Position numbers and translations under genes: made by a program
The notes under the pieces: generated by a model
Databases searched by the model: none
Seen by the model: the letters and a program-made list of their open reading frames with translations, nothing else
Told to the model about the DNA's origin: nothing
Origin: Solirubrobacteraceae bacterium
GTDB taxonomy: Bacteria > Actinomycetota > Thermoleophilia > Solirubrobacterales > Solirubrobacteraceae
DNA length: 64,000 bases
Assembly (NCBI GenBank): GCA_035294345.1
Contig: DATGLC010000019.1
Coordinates: 18,065 to 82,064 of the forward strand
Direction of reading: 5' to 3'
Shown: positions 9,695-20,300 of the stretch, piece by piece
Layout of the letters: each line of letters opens with the position of its first letter
Numbering within the stretch: the first letter of the stretch is position 1

Positions 9695-10280
9695 CTACGT
9701 CGGGCCAGGTCGGCTGCTTCGGCAGGCCCGCGGGTGCGCGGGCGCTCGGTGGAGTTCACCGAGGAGATGTTGGCTGCGATGGCGCGGCAAGGATCAGCGA
9801 CGCTGGGGCGAGTGTCATGTGCGCGGGTTGATGCTCGATGGCAAGCGCGAATCGATCGAGCCGATGGCGGCTCGCTTGGGGACCGCGACCTTCGCTATCT
9901 CCTAGACGTCAAGGGCGGCAGCTCCGCCTACGACCGAGGACGTGCAGCGCCAACAGAGAGAGTATCGGGGGGCGGGCGCCCGTCAGTCCTGGCTCTCCAA
10001 CCTCCCCGCCGACACCGATCTCAGCAAGCTCGTGCGCCTCGGGAAGATGCGCTGGCAAATCGAGCACGACTACAGCGAGCTCAAAGACGCGCTTGACCTT
10101 CAGCACTGCGAAGGCACCTACCGTGGCTGGAACCAACACGTCACGTCGTCTCGGTAGCGCACGAGTTCCTGACACCCCGGAACGACGCGCGCCCGGCACT
10201 GCGGGCGGCGGCCTGACCCTCTTCCAGAGCCGTCCGGGAGCTGCGAACGCTCCAGGCCTGCTGGCATGGGATCTGCTGGC
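9695..10280 (+). pseudogene. IS701-family transposase pseudogene (frameshifts and a large internal deletion)
   Basis: EFTEEMLAAMAR/KDQRRWGECHVRGLMLDGKRESIEPMAARL (N-terminus), WLSNLPADT..RWQIEHDYSELK..GWNQHVT (C-terminus), GLTLFQ..ACW tail; CTACGTCGGGCCAGGT left-end-like sequence at 9695. Confidence 0.85.
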
Positions 10281-10328
10281 CGGCTCGTCGTGGCGGAGCT
10301 TCACCGGCATCTGGGGCGGCCGGTCCGC

Positions 10329-11015
10329 TCAAGCGCCAGAAGGTGCTTGGTCGTGGTGGGGTGGTTTTGGTTGTGTCTGCTGCTGGCCTGGGGCGCCGCC
10401 GGCGGGGAGGATCGTCTGAAGCAGACCAGTGGCGACGTCGTAGACGTGTCCTGAGACGGTCACCCGCCCGAGGGTCGCGTCCGCGGAGCGGAGGCGCTCG
10501 ACGTCGCGTGTGACCGTGGCGACGGGGTCGAGGACGGCGCGGTCGCGCAAAGCCGCCTCGTCGGCGCCGATCCGGTTGGCGTAGCTTTGGCGCGAGGAGT
10601 GTTCGGCCAGCGCCGCGGCGCCGCACTGTGTGTGGTGGATCACGGCGACTTCGAACAGGGGGCCGTCCGGCAGCGCCCTCTCCATCATCTGGACGATGAA
10701 CGCGACGTCGCCGATCACCTCCGGGGTGACTCGGCCGCCCACGTTGCGGACGACGATCGCGTCGCCGAGCGCCAGGCCGAGAAAGTGTGCTGGGTCGACG
10801 CGAGGGTCAAGACAGGTGACGACGAGCAGCTGCAGCCTGGGGAGCACGACTGCGCCTTCGTGCCCGCCGGCGGCAGCGAACTTGCGGTTGCGCTCAAGCG
10901 CCGAGGCGATGCTGCCCGTCGCGGCCCGGTCGCGGCCGCCGGGCTCGAACCCGGTCGTGCGGCCGATCGCGGAGCCGGCGGCAGCCGGTTGGGCGGGCGG
11001 CAGCCGGTTGGTCAT
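10329..11015 (-). CDS. beta-class carbonic anhydrase
   Basis: TCLDPR, VRNVGGRV, IHHTQCG zinc ligands, GHVYDVATG. Confidence 0.9.
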   Translation of the reverse strand: MTNRLPPAQPAAAGSAIGRTTGFEPGGRDRAATGSIASALERNRKFAAAGGHEGAVVLPRLQLLVVTCLDPRVDPAHFLGLALGDAIVVRNVGGRVTPEVIGDVAFIVQMMERALPDGPLFEVAVIHHTQCGAAALAEHSSRQSYANRIGADEAALRDRAVLDPVATVTRDVERLRSADATLGRVTVSGHVYDVATGLLQTILPAGGAPGQQQTQPKPPHHDQAPSGA

Positions 11016-11048
11016 GGTGTTTTGTCTCCTGTGGCTTGGTGGTGGGGA

Positions 11049-12623
11049 TCAGTTCGGCGCTTCGGCCGTTGCGGGCGAGCCGAGTGCGTCCATGTCGGCT
11101 GTGTCACAGTCGCTGAGGCTCGGATGGGCAGGGAGCAGCGCCATGGCGATCACCACGCCCGCGGCGGCGACGGCCGCGGACACGTAGTTGGCGGCGTGGA
11201 AGCCGCCCAGGAACGCCGAGCTGGCGGCGCTGTGGACGGCTGCCGCGAGCCTGGGATGGCCACGATCGGCCAGCCTGGCCGCGACGGTGAGCGCAGCGCC
11301 GACGGATGCGTGCGCCCTCCGCGCGAGGGCGGCCGGGAGCCCGGCCGGGAGCGCGCCCGAGAGCCGGCTCGTGTACAGCGACGCGAACACGCTGCCGATC
11401 ACCGCGACGCCCAGGGTGCCGCCGAGCCGTCGGGTGGCGTCGTTGACCGCGGACCCGACTCCGGCCTTGGCCTTCGGCACGGCACCCATGATCGCCTCGG
11501 TCGCCGGTGCGCTGGTCAGGCCCATCCCCGTCCCGAGCACGACCATCTGAGCGGCGATCGTCCCGTAGCCGGTGGTGGCTGCTGCGGTCGCGACCCATAG
11601 GTAGAACGCGGCCATCAGCAACAGCCCGCAGGAGACGACCAGCTTGGTGCCGATTCGCACGGCGAGCCTGGCGCCGAGAGTCGAGGAGATCGCGACGAAC
11701 GACGCGACCGGCAGCAGCCGCACGCCGGTCGACAGCGGCCCGTAGCCCTTGAGGAACTGGAAGTACTGGGTGACCAGGAAGATGAACCCGGACAGCGCGA
11801 AGAACGAGATCGCGAACGAGGCGCTGGCGGCCGTGAACCGCGGATTGCCGAACAGGCTCAGGTCGAGCATCGGATGCTCGGTGCGCCGCTCCCAGATCGC
11901 GAACGCCGCCACCAGCAGCGCCGTCAGCACGAGGCTGCCGAGCGTCCGCGCGCTGCCCCATCCGTTGCTCGGCGCCTCGATGATCGTGTAGACGAGCAGC
12001 GCGACCGCAGCGGTCGACAGCGCAAACCCGCCCCGGTCGGTCCGTGGCGCGTGCGGGTCTCGCGATGTCGGGACGCACCGGGCGGCCAGGACGCCGCCGA
12101 TCGCGGCGACCGGGGCCATCGCGAAGAAGATGCTGCGCCAGTCGAACGCCCCAAGCAGCCAGCCGCCGACGATCGGTCCGAGCGCGATCGCCGCGCCCGT
12201 GATCGCGCCCCAGGACCCGATCGCCCGGGCGCGCTCCGAGCGCTCGGTGAACACGTTGGTGAGCAGCGACAAAGTCGAGGGGTACACCATCGCCGCGCCC
12301 GCGCCCATCACCGCGCGCGCCGCGATCAGCGCGCCGGCGCTGTCCATCAGCCCGCCCGCGAGGCTCGCCAGACCGAAGACCGACAGGCCGGTGAGCAGCA
12401 TCCCCTTGCGCCCGAGCCGGTCTGAGAGGCTGCCAGCGGCGAGCACCGATCCCGCGAACACCAAGTTGAACGCGTCGACGACCCACTGCAGCTGCGAGTT
12501 GGACGCGTGCAGCTGGCGCACAAGCGACGGCAGCGCGACGTTGACGATCGTCGTGTCGAGATTGATCACGAACGCCGCCAACAGCAGCGAGACCCGGATC
12601 AGGGTCTTGTTGCGTTGCATCAC
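11049..12623 (-). CDS. DHA2 (EmrB/QacA) MFS efflux transporter
   Basis: LDTTIVNVALP, LQWVVDAF, GSLSDRLGRK, GPIVGGWL; many transmembrane segments. Confidence 0.92.
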   Translation of the reverse strand: MMQRNKTLIRVSLLLAAFVINLDTTIVNVALPSLVRQLHASNSQLQWVVDAFNLVFAGSVLAAGSLSDRLGRKGMLLTGLSVFGLASLAGGLMDSAGALIAARAVMGAGAAMVYPSTLSLLTNVFTERSERARAIGSWGAITGAAIALGPIVGGWLLGAFDWRSIFFAMAPVAAIGGVLAARCVPTSRDPHAPRTDRGGFALSTAAVALLVYTIIEAPSNGWGSARTLGSLVLTALLVAAFAIWERRTEHPMLDLSLFGNPRFTAASASFAISFFALSGFIFLVTQYFQFLKGYGPLSTGVRLLPVASFVAISSTLGARLAVRIGTKLVVSCGLLLMAAFYLWVATAAATTGYGTIAAQMVVLGTGMGLTSAPATEAIMGAVPKAKAGVGSAVNDATRRLGGTLGVAVIGSVFASLYTSRLSGALPAGLPAALARRAHASVGAALTVAARLADRGHPRLAAAVHSAASSAFLGGFHAANYVSAAVAAAGVVIAMALLPAHPSLSDCDTADMDALGSPATAEAPN

Positions 12624-12644
12624 TACTCCCGCGGTCAGAGGCTA

Positions 12645-12697
12645 ACTTGCTTCACGCAAGGCAAGCTACCGGCGAAGCTGGCTTTTGTCAAGCAAGT
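12645..12697. promoter_or_regulatory. Divergent promoter with palindromes, likely HxlR operator
   Basis: CTTGC-N5-GCAAG at 12646-12660, and ACTTGCT...AGCAAGT inverted pair between the divergent MFS and HxlR genes. Confidence 0.5.
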
Positions 12698-12707
12698 CAA
12701 CTAGGAT

Positions 12708-13187
12708 TTGGTCGTGCTCCAGCGCGACTATCCAGACCAAGTCTGCTCGATCGCCCGATCGCTTGAGATCGTTGGCGAGCGCTGGACGCTGCTGATCCTG
12801 CGCGACGCTCTACTTGGCCTCACACGGTTTGAGGAGTTCCAGGACAAGCTCGGGATCGCGTCCAACGTGCTCGCCAAGCGGCTCAAGCTGCTCTGCGACG
12901 AGGGGGTCCTTGAGCGCGTTGCCGACCAGGAGCGTCCAGGCCGTCCCAAATACGTGCTCACCGGCAAGGGGCGCGAGCTCGCGCCGGCCCTGATCATGCT
13001 GATGAAATGGGGCGACCGCTATTACCCCGCCCGGGGCGGGCCGCCGCGACTCACCCTCCACGCCGGCTGCGGCGGCGATATCCGGCCGGACCTGCACTGC
13101 GACCGCTGCGGCAAGCAGGCAGGACCTGGCGAGATCGAGCTCCGGCCGGGACCGGGCGCACGGCGCGGCGAGGGCGCCGCACGGTGA
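12708..13187 (+). CDS. HxlR family winged-HTH regulator
   Basis: CSIARSLEIVGERWTLLILRD, RFEEF, YVLTGKGREL, WGDRY; C-terminal HxxCG..CxxCG. Confidence 0.92.
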   Translation: MVVLQRDYPDQVCSIARSLEIVGERWTLLILRDALLGLTRFEEFQDKLGIASNVLAKRLKLLCDEGVLERVADQERPGRPKYVLTGKGRELAPALIMLMKWGDRYYPARGGPPRLTLHAGCGGDIRPDLHCDRCGKQAGPGEIELRPGPGARRGEGAAR

Positions 13188-13818
13188 GCGCGGGCTCTCC
13201 CGGCGCGGACCCAAACGTGCTTGGAACCTGAGCGGGGCGTCGCCTGTCCGCGCCCCGTGCGAGCTCAGTCTGGCGCAGGGCCGCGCATCTGCGCCGGCGG
13301 CGGCGGGCCGGTGGCCCGGGCATCGACAAGGTCGGCGAGGATCGCGAAGTCGCCGACGTTGGAGGCGCGCGGTCTCTCTCACGCCAGGTGGCATGTCAAT
13401 CGTGCCGTCGCTTGGACCGACTCGTCGACCGGTTCCCGCGCGCGGCCGGCAGCGGGCGTGCTCACGCCGGCGAGGATCAGCTCCAGCACAGCTCAGACGA
13501 GCGGGTCACGGTCAGCGAAGCGCAAACAGGTCCGCGGCACCAACCACTGATCGCGGCCCCGCGGCGGCGGCGCCGGCGGGCACGACCCTGGATCGTCGAC
13601 ACCGTCTGCACGCCGCTTGCTCCCGTCCTCGCCGCCGGAGCAATCAGCCGCGGCCAATGGACCTCAGGTCGCCCTGCGCGCCGCCAACTGCAGCAGACCA
13701 GGGCGGGAGCACCGCCACCTCACGGGGTGCGCCGCCGGGGACAACCTCGACCACGACGGCCCGGATTCTTTCGGCCACAAGCGATCAGAAGCGCTGCCCC
13801 AACGCCAGATGCCCCTGT

Positions 13819-13852
13819 GAAGGCCCGGCGCCCGACCCGCGACCGGGCCTTC
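13819..13852 (-). terminator. Hairpin downstream of tRNA-Gly
   Basis: GAAGGCCCGG...CCGGGCCTTC inverted repeat just past the tRNA 3' end. Confidence 0.5.
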
Positions 13853-13857
13853 TGCCA

Positions 13858-13930
13858 AGCGGACGACGGGCCTCGAACCCGCGACCTTCGGCTTGGGAAG
13901 CCGACGCTCTGCCAACTGAGCTACGTCCGC
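13858..13930 (-). tRNA. tRNA-Gly(CCC), CCA not encoded
   Basis: Reverse complement GCGGACGTAGCTCAGTTGGCAGAGCGTCGGCTTCCCAAGCCGAAGGTCGCGGGTTCGAGGCCCGTCGTCCGCT folds as a cloverleaf with anticodon CCC. Confidence 0.97.
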
Positions 13931-13952
13931 GAGGCCAGGGATTGTAAGGCCC

Positions 13953-14705
13953 GTGGCATGGGGGATCGTGCGCCTCGGCCGCCCGGAGCCTGCGTCGCCT
14001 CTACGATCGGGCGCTGTGCGCCGGCGGACGACAGATCTGGCGATTCTCGTCGAGCTTGCCAGCCCCGCCGGGAGGGACGTGGTCGATGTCGGCTGCGGCG
14101 GCGGGGAGCTGACGCGCGCGCTCGCGGCGCTGGGGGCGAGGGTGACGGCGGTGGAGGTCTCCGAGCGACAGCTTGAGCGGGCGCGGGCGCGCGACGGGGG
14201 CAGCGGCGCGCGATACGTGGTGGGCAGCGGACAGGCGCTCCCGCTGGCCGACCGCTGCGCCGACGTGGTCGTGTTCATGAGAACGCTGCATCACGTGCCG
14301 GTCGAGAAGATGGACGCCGCGCTGCGCGAGGCCGCCCGGGTGCTGCGACCCGGGGGCGTCGTGCACGTCGCAGAGCCGCTGGCCGAGGGCGACTGGTTTG
14401 CGATCACCAGCGTGGTCGAGGACGAGCTTGAGGTGCGCCGCCGCGCGCTTGAGGCGATCGAGCGCGCCGGCGGCGGGGGCCTCGCGCACCAGCGTCGGCT
14501 CGAGTACGAGGTCGCGATCGAGGTCGACGGGGTGGACGGCTGTCGGGAGCGGATCGTAAGCGTCGACCCAGCGCGCGCGGCCGTGTTCGACGAGCGCCGC
14601 GGGCGGATCGAGCAGCTGTTCGCTCGCCTGGGCTCGCCGGGCGGGCGCCCAGGCGCCCGGGTCTTCGTGCAGCCGATGCGCGCCGACCTGCTCGCGGCGA
14701 GCTGA
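13953..14705 (+). CDS. Class I SAM-dependent methyltransferase (start uncertain)
   Basis: VVDVGCGGG, LPLAD..ADVV, LHHV, ARVLRPGG. Confidence 0.88.
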   Translation: MAWGIVRLGRPEPASPLRSGAVRRRTTDLAILVELASPAGRDVVDVGCGGGELTRALAALGARVTAVEVSERQLERARARDGGSGARYVVGSGQALPLADRCADVVVFMRTLHHVPVEKMDAALREAARVLRPGGVVHVAEPLAEGDWFAITSVVEDELEVRRRALEAIERAGGGGLAHQRRLEYEVAIEVDGVDGCRERIVSVDPARAAVFDERRGRIEQLFARLGSPGGRPGARVFVQPMRADLLAAS

Positions 14706-14860
14706 ATAGCCCCGCGGCGATCTGAGGGCGGTCGCATGGAGCTGGGCGCCGTGCCGCCGGCCAGGTCGCCGACCTGCTGGGACACGCGCACACGCGCCGA
14801 TCCCGCGTGGGCGCGCCGCCGGCCGCCGGCACGCTGTGGCGTCCCGCACGGAGGCGCGGA

Positions 14861-15563
14861 TCAGCCGGATCGAAGCGCGCTCAGCGGCGTGACGCGCATG
14901 GCGAGGATCGCCGGGAGAACTCCTGCCACAGCTCCGACCCCCGCCCCGGCGAGCGGAGCCACGATCACCAGCGAAGGGCTGATCACCGGAGCCCACTGCC
15001 GCACGGCGGCGACGACGCCGGTGACCAGGACGCCGGCTGACATGCCCAGCAGGCCCCCGAGCAGACCCAACGTCACGCACTCGATCATGATGAGCCCCCC
15101 GATCTGCAAGCGCCCGAAGCCAAGCGCCCTCCGAAGCCCGATCTCAGGACGCCGCTGGCTCACCGAGAGGCTGGTGACCGCGCAGATCGAGAGCACGCCG
15201 ATCGGCAGCGCTGCAAGCTCCAAGACCGACAGCAGCGCCGAGAGCGAGCCCTCGACCCTGGCGCGCAGCGCATCGGGCTCGGGCGGCACCAGCGCATCGA
15301 CGCGGTCGGCTGAGTAGGGCGCCAACGCGTACGGTCCCTCGGCGATGGTGTGGGTCCCGGCGAGGCTGAGGCCGCGGCCAGCGCCTGCGGACTGGTCGCG
15401 ACATCCAGCGGAGCGCCGTCGGCAAGCTGCCTTGGTCCCGAGCCCCGGCTGCGACCGCTATCACCGTGCCGATCATGCAAAGCGTGGCGCGCCAGTGGCT
15501 TCGGCCGAGGCTGGTCGCGGCATCGGCGATGAGATCCGCGGTGGCGACGCCGCCACGCCGCAC
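14861..15563 (-). pseudogene. MacB/FtsX-type ABC permease relic with internal deletion
   Basis: N-terminal ADLIADAATSLGRSHWRATLCMIGTVIAVAA in one frame and C-terminal SVSQRRPEIGLRRALG...PAILAMRVTPLSALR in another; periplasmic domain missing. Confidence 0.75.
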
Positions 15564-15654
15564 CTTGCCTGCGGTCGTGCGCCGGGAAGTGGACGCCTAC
15601 AAAGTGATGCGGACGCCCCGCGCAGCCGGCGGAGACTGGCGCGGCCGGAGCGTC

Positions 15655-17319
15655 CTAGTCCGGGCGTCCGGCGCGCATCGCCCGGTAGCGGCGGATCAGC
15701 GCGTTGGTGGAGCTGTCGTGCTCCAGCTCGGGCTCGGCGGCGGCGCTGAGCTGCGGGGCGATCTGCTGGGCGAGCGCTTTGCCCAGCTCCACGCCCCATT
15801 GGTCGAAGGAGTCGATCCCCCACACCACCCCCTGCGTGAACACGCTGTGCTCGTACAGCGCCACCAGCGTCCCGAGCGAGCGCGGCGTGAGCCGCTCGGC
15901 GAGGATCAGGTTGGTGGGGCGGTTGCCGTCCATCACGCGGTGGGGCACGATCTCCTCCGGCGTGCCCTCGGCGCGCACCTGCTCCTCGGTGCGCCCGAAC
16001 GCCAGCGCCTGCGCCTGCGCAAGGACGTTCGCGATCAGCAGGTCGTGGTGGTCGCCGAGCGGGTTCAGCGGCTGGGCGAAGGCGATCAGGTCGACAGGGA
16101 TCAGCCGCGTGCCCTGGTGGATGAGCTGGTAGAAGCTGTGCTGGCCGTTGGTGCCCGGCTCCCCCCAGTAGATCGCGCCCGTGTCGTAGTCGACCGGGCG
16201 GCCGCGCAGGGTGACGTGCTTGCCGTTTGACTCCATCGTCAGCTGCTGAAGGTAGGCGGGGAACCGCTTGAGGTACTGCTCGTAGGGCATCACCCCGACC
16301 GTCTGGGCGCCGAAGAAGTCGCCGTACCAGACGGCGAGCATCCCCATCAGCACCGGCAGGCTGCGCTCAAGCGGCGCGTGCAGGAAGTGCTCGTCGAGCG
16401 CGTGAAAGCCGTCCAGCATCTCGCGAAAGCGCTCTGGCCCGATCGCCAGCATCGTCGACAGGCCGATGGCGGAGTCCATCGAGTAGCGCCCGCCGACCCA
16501 CTCCCAGAACCCGAACATGTTGTCGGTGTCGATCCCGAACTCCGACACCTTCTCGGCGTTGGTCGACACCGCCACGAAGTGGCGCGCGATCGCCGACTCC
16601 TCGCCAAGCGCCTCCAGCGCCCACCGCCGCGCTGAGCGCGCGTTGGTCATCGTCTCAAGCGTCGTGAACGTCTTGGAGGAGACGATGAACAGCGTCTCGG
16701 CGGCGTCCAGGTCGCGCACCGCCTCCACCAGGTCGGTCCCGTCGACGTTTGAGACAAACCTGAATGTCCGCTCGCGGTCTGAGTAGTGGCGAAGCGCCTC
16801 GTAGGCCATGACGGGGCCCAGGTCCGAGCCGCCGATCCCGATGTTGATCACGTTTCGGATCGGCCTGCCCGTGTGTCCGCGCCACTCGCCGCAGCGGACC
16901 CGCTCGCAGAAGGCCGCCATCCGGTCAAGCACGGCGTGCACCTCGCGCACCACGTCGACGCCGTCGACGATCAGCGACCGCTCGCGCGGCATCCGCAGCG
17001 CCACGTGCAGCACCGGACGGTTCTCCGAGACGTTGATTCGCTCGCCTGCAAACATCGCCGCGCGGCGCTCCGGTAGGCCGCGCTCGCGCGCGAGCGCCAC
17101 CAGCAGCTCGATCGTCCGCTCGGTGATCCGGTTCTTGGAGTAGTCGAGCAGCAGCCCCGCGCCCTCGGCGATCAGCCGCTCGCCCCGCCCGGGGTCGCGC
17201 GCGAACAGCTCGCGCAGGTGCAGGCCACCCACCTGCTCGAAGTGGTCCTGCAGCGCCGCCCAGGAGGGCAGCTGACGCAGCGGGCGCTCCTGCGCGGACA
17301 GGCTCGCGGTCTGGCTCAT
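15655..17319 (-). CDS. pgi: glucose-6-phosphate isomerase
   Basis: [63 protein letters not shown]. Confidence 0.98.
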   Translation of the reverse strand: MSQTASLSAQERPLRQLPSWAALQDHFEQVGGLHLRELFARDPGRGERLIAEGAGLLLDYSKNRITERTIELLVALARERGLPERRAAMFAGERINVSENRPVLHVALRMPRERSLIVDGVDVVREVHAVLDRMAAFCERVRCGEWRGHTGRPIRNVINIGIGGSDLGPVMAYEALRHYSDRERTFRFVSNVDGTDLVEAVRDLDAAETLFIVSSKTFTTLETMTNARSARRWALEALGEESAIARHFVAVSTNAEKVSEFGIDTDNMFGFWEWVGGRYSMDSAIGLSTMLAIGPERFREMLDGFHALDEHFLHAPLERSLPVLMGMLAVWYGDFFGAQTVGVMPYEQYLKRFPAYLQQLTMESNGKHVTLRGRPVDYDTGAIYWGEPGTNGQHSFYQLIHQGTRLIPVDLIAFAQPLNPLGDHHDLLIANVLAQAQALAFGRTEEQVRAEGTPEEIVPHRVMDGNRPTNLILAERLTPRSLGTLVALYEHSVFTQGVVWGIDSFDQWGVELGKALAQQIAPQLSAAAEPELEHDSSTNALIRRYRAMRAGRPD

Positions 17320-19202
17320 CGGTCACCTCCGTCTGTGGGTGCAGCGGTCAGGCTACCCGTGAGCGCCAGGCGGCGCGGCCGCGAGCGGTCGCTCGGCGTG
17401 GCGGTCGCCGCGCGCTCGTGCGCTGCACGCTCGTGCGCTGCGCGCTCATGCGCCGCCTGGTCGTGCGCTGCGCGCTTGTGCGCCGCGCGCTCGTGCGCTG
17501 CGCGCGCTGGCGTGGGCACCCCGAGCGCGCCCGGCCGCACGCTGACGCTGACCAGCGCCGCGCTCTGGCGAAGCACATCCACGGTGAACGAGCCACGGCG
17601 GGCGGCGATCGTCTCAGACACGGCCCGCCCGTGCCACTGCGCGTCGGCGCCCAGCGACCGGCCGCCGAGCGTGACCCCGGTCTGCGACCGTATCGAGGGC
17701 GCGAGCATCCGCTGGACGGTGAGCGGACCGCGAGCCGGCAGCCGCAGCGTCACCCGCGCCGGGCGCCGGCTCTTGTCGATCAGCAGCAGGTGCAGGCTGT
17801 TGGCGCCTACTCGCACCGCCCATGCGGCGAAGTCCAGCGAGCGGCGGTGGCGGGAGCTCAGCCGCACCAGGCGGGCGTCCGGTCCCAGCGCGCGGGTGAA
17901 CAGGACCAGCCCGTAGAGCAGCGGCCGCGGCGCCAGCCCGTAGGGGGTGATCGCAAACGGCGCGTTGACGGCATCGGCGCGCACGTGGATGTTGACGCCG
18001 TCGACCCCCGCGCGCGCGAGCGCGAACAGCGCATCGGGTGCCCACAGCGCGGTCGCGAACGTGTCCGAAACGCCGGGCCGGCCGCCGCAGTTGACGGAGT
18101 TGAGCTCGGTCATGCGCAGCGGCAGCCCCGCGTCGTGGGCCACGTCGACGTCGCGGCGCAGCGCGTCGGCCATGCCGGTGCTCGCCGCGGGGCTGAGCAG
18201 TCTGCGGATCGTGGCGTAGGTGGACGAGTGCGCCCTGGCCGCGCAGCCGGAGTACGGGTAGCGGTGGATGGTCACCAGACCGAGCGCCCCGTGCGTCATG
18301 GAGAGCACCGTCGGCAGCCAGCGCGCGTGCGAGACGGGGTCGGCGAGCGCCGGCCCCGCCAGCTCCACGCTCGGCGCGATGCGGCGAAGCGCCCGCGCGT
18401 AGGTCAGGAAGTCCAGCGCATACCGGGCGGGCGAGATCGCGGCGGGAAGCCGCGGACCGGCAAACCGCGGTCCCTGCAGCGACCGGGTGGCGGTGATCGC
18501 CAGCCAGTCCGCGCGGCTGTAGATGTCGGGCTCGTTGCCGATCTCGAACGCGATGATGCTTCGGTGCGGAAGCGCCTGCTCGGCGGCCGCCGCCCAGGCG
18601 GCCGCCTGAGCCGGCGTATCGGTCACGAGGTTCAGGTCCAGGATCAGCCGCGCCCCATCGCTGAGCGCCAGCGATCGCAGCTGGCCAAGCCACCGCGGCG
18701 CGATCGCGAACGCCCACAGCGGCATCGGGGCGCGATCGGGATCCCAGAACGCGTGATCGGCCGAATCCCCGCCGACGCGCAGTACCAGCGGGCCGCCACC
18801 GGGGACGCGCAGCAGCGCCAGCACCCGCTCCAGCAGCGCCATGTGCGACGACCAGGCCGGCAGCGACCAGTACTCGGTCGACAGGCCCAGGAACGAGCGG
18901 GGCACGGGCATCATCGGCGCGTCGGCCGACACCGACACCTGAGCGCCGGCCGCAGGCAGCGACGGCGGCGAGGCGGCGGAGGGGTCGCCCGGCCCGCCGG
19001 CCGAGATCGCGCCGCAGCCCGCCAGCGCCACGGCGCCCGCCAGCGCGGCGGCCGCGCAGGCACCGAGCGCCAGCTGCCGGCAGTTGAGCCGCCGCGGCCC
19101 CGGCCCGGTCCGGGCGCCCGCCGATCCCGCTGTCCCCGCGCGCCGCACACGGCAAGTATCGCCTTCAGGGGACGCGCAGCGGGCCGCCCTAACGGTCGCC
19201 AA
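17316..19202 (-). CDS. GH79-like glycoside hydrolase, probable lipoprotein (true start likely downstream of 19202)
   Basis: LAGC lipobox, [24 protein letters not shown] (acid/base), LRMTELNS (nucleophile), [14 protein letters not shown]. Confidence 0.82.
   Translation of the reverse strand: MATVRAARCASPEGDTCRVRRAGTAGSAGARTGPGPRRLNCRQLALGACAAAALAGAVALAGCGAISAGGPGDPSAASPPSLPAAGAQVSVSADAPMMPVPRSFLGLSTEYWSLPAWSSHMALLERVLALLRVPGGGPLVLRVGGDSADHAFWDPDRAPMPLWAFAIAPRWLGQLRSLALSDGARLILDLNLVTDTPAQAAAWAAAAEQALPHRSIIAFEIGNEPDIYSRADWLAITATRSLQGPRFAGPRLPAAISPARYALDFLTYARALRRIAPSVELAGPALADPVSHARWLPTVLSMTHGALGLVTIHRYPYSGCAARAHSSTYATIRRLLSPAASTGMADALRRDVDVAHDAGLPLRMTELNSVNCGGRPGVSDTFATALWAPDALFALARAGVDGVNIHVRADAVNAPFAITPYGLAPRPLLYGLVLFTRALGPDARLVRLSSRHRRSLDFAAWAVRVGANSLHLLLIDKSRRPARVTLRLPARGPLTVQRMLAPSIRSQTGVTLGGRSLGADAQWHGRAVSETIAARRGSFTVDVLRQSAALVSVSVRPGALGVPTPARAAHERAAHKRAAHDQAAHERAAHERAAHERAATATPSDRSRPRRLALTGSLTAAPTDGGDR
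17407..17505 (-). repeat. 15-bp tandem repeat (about 6 copies) encoding AAHER in the GH79 C-terminal tail
   Basis: GCGCTCGTGCGCTGC-like units. Confidence 0.9.
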
Positions 19203-19221
19203 ACGCCGCCCACACGTCGGC

Positions 19222-20124
19222 TTAAACGTTCGCGTACGGGCGCACCCAGGACTCGCTGCGCTCCCACAGCTCGGCTGCCAGCTCGTCGGTGGCGGCCGCG
19301 CCCGGTCGCTGCGGGCGCATGCGCACGTGGTAGGCGCCCGGAGCCGGCAGCTCGGGCGCGGTCGCGCAGTGCACGACCGGGCGCGCCCCCTCGGCGGGGG
19401 AGATCATCCGAAGCTTCATCAGCGGCCTGACCGGCCAGGGAACGCGCCGCCATATGTCGGAGGCGACCACGCCCGGGTGAACCGAGCACGCGCTCACCCC
19501 GTCGCCGGCGAGTCGCAGAGCGAGCTCGCGCGCATGCAGAATGTTCGCGAGCTTGGAGACGCCGTACTCGCGCATGCCGGTGAGCGTGCGCGTCGGCCTG
19601 CGGACCGCCTCCCAGTCGATCCCGGGAGCGTCCCGGTGCGCCTCGGAGGAGACGTTGACGATCCGAGCTGGCGCGCTCGCGCGCAGGCGGTCGCACAGAA
19701 GCGCTGTGAGCAGGAACGTCCCCACGTGGTTGACGCCAAAGTGCACCTCGAAGCCGCTGGCGGACACGCCCCGCGGGCCCGCGATGCCGGCGTTGTTGAT
19801 CAGGCAGTGAAGCGGCTCATCGGCCGCCAGCAGCTCGCGCGCGAGGCGGCGCACCGAGTCAAGGTCGCCGAGGTCGAGCGTCAGCGCGCGCAGCCGGCTG
19901 TTGCCGGTGGCCGCCGCGATCTGATCGCGCGCCGCCGCGGTGCGCTGCGCGGAGCGGCCGGCGAGCCATAGGGTCGCGCCGCGCGCCGCGAGCTGCTCGC
20001 AGACGGCGCGGCCGATCCCGGTGCTCGCGCCGGTGACCAGGAACACGCGCCCGCGAAGGTCCGCAGGTGCGTCCCGTGTCGGCTCCGTTCCGTCGGCGGC
20101 CGCCCGTGCCTCGTCTCCGGTCAT
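19222..20124 (-). CDS. Short-chain dehydrogenase/reductase (retinol dehydrogenase-like)
   Basis: VTGASTGIG, LINNAG, VNHVG, NVSSEAH, YGVSK. Confidence 0.92.
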   Translation of the reverse strand: MTGDEARAAADGTEPTRDAPADLRGRVFLVTGASTGIGRAVCEQLAARGATLWLAGRSAQRTAAARDQIAAATGNSRLRALTLDLGDLDSVRRLARELLAADEPLHCLINNAGIAGPRGVSASGFEVHFGVNHVGTFLLTALLCDRLRASAPARIVNVSSEAHRDAPGIDWEAVRRPTRTLTGMREYGVSKLANILHARELALRLAGDGVSACSVHPGVVASDIWRRVPWPVRPLMKLRMISPAEGARPVVHCATAPELPAPGAYHVRMRPQRPGAAATDELAAELWERSESWVRPYANV

Positions 20125-20300
20125 CGTAAGCCGCCGGCGGGCGCGTGCGGGCCGTGCTCGCCATCTGGCCGCGGCGGGTGCGCGGCGCCGTCCCGCAAGG
20201 ACGAGTCCATCGCGCCATTATCGATCGCCTCGAGGCGCTCGGCGCCGCGGGCGCCACGCCATGGCATGCTTGCGCGGATGCGCGCCGGCGCGCCCAGGGG

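Noticed and set aside
10941-10960. GGGCTCGAACCC as an att copy of tRNA-Gly
   Set aside because: Short imperfect match inside the carbonic anhydrase ORF; no integrase nearby
13190-13815. ORFs between HxlR and tRNA-Gly
   Set aside because: Arg/Pro-rich translations without motifs; probably decayed DNA
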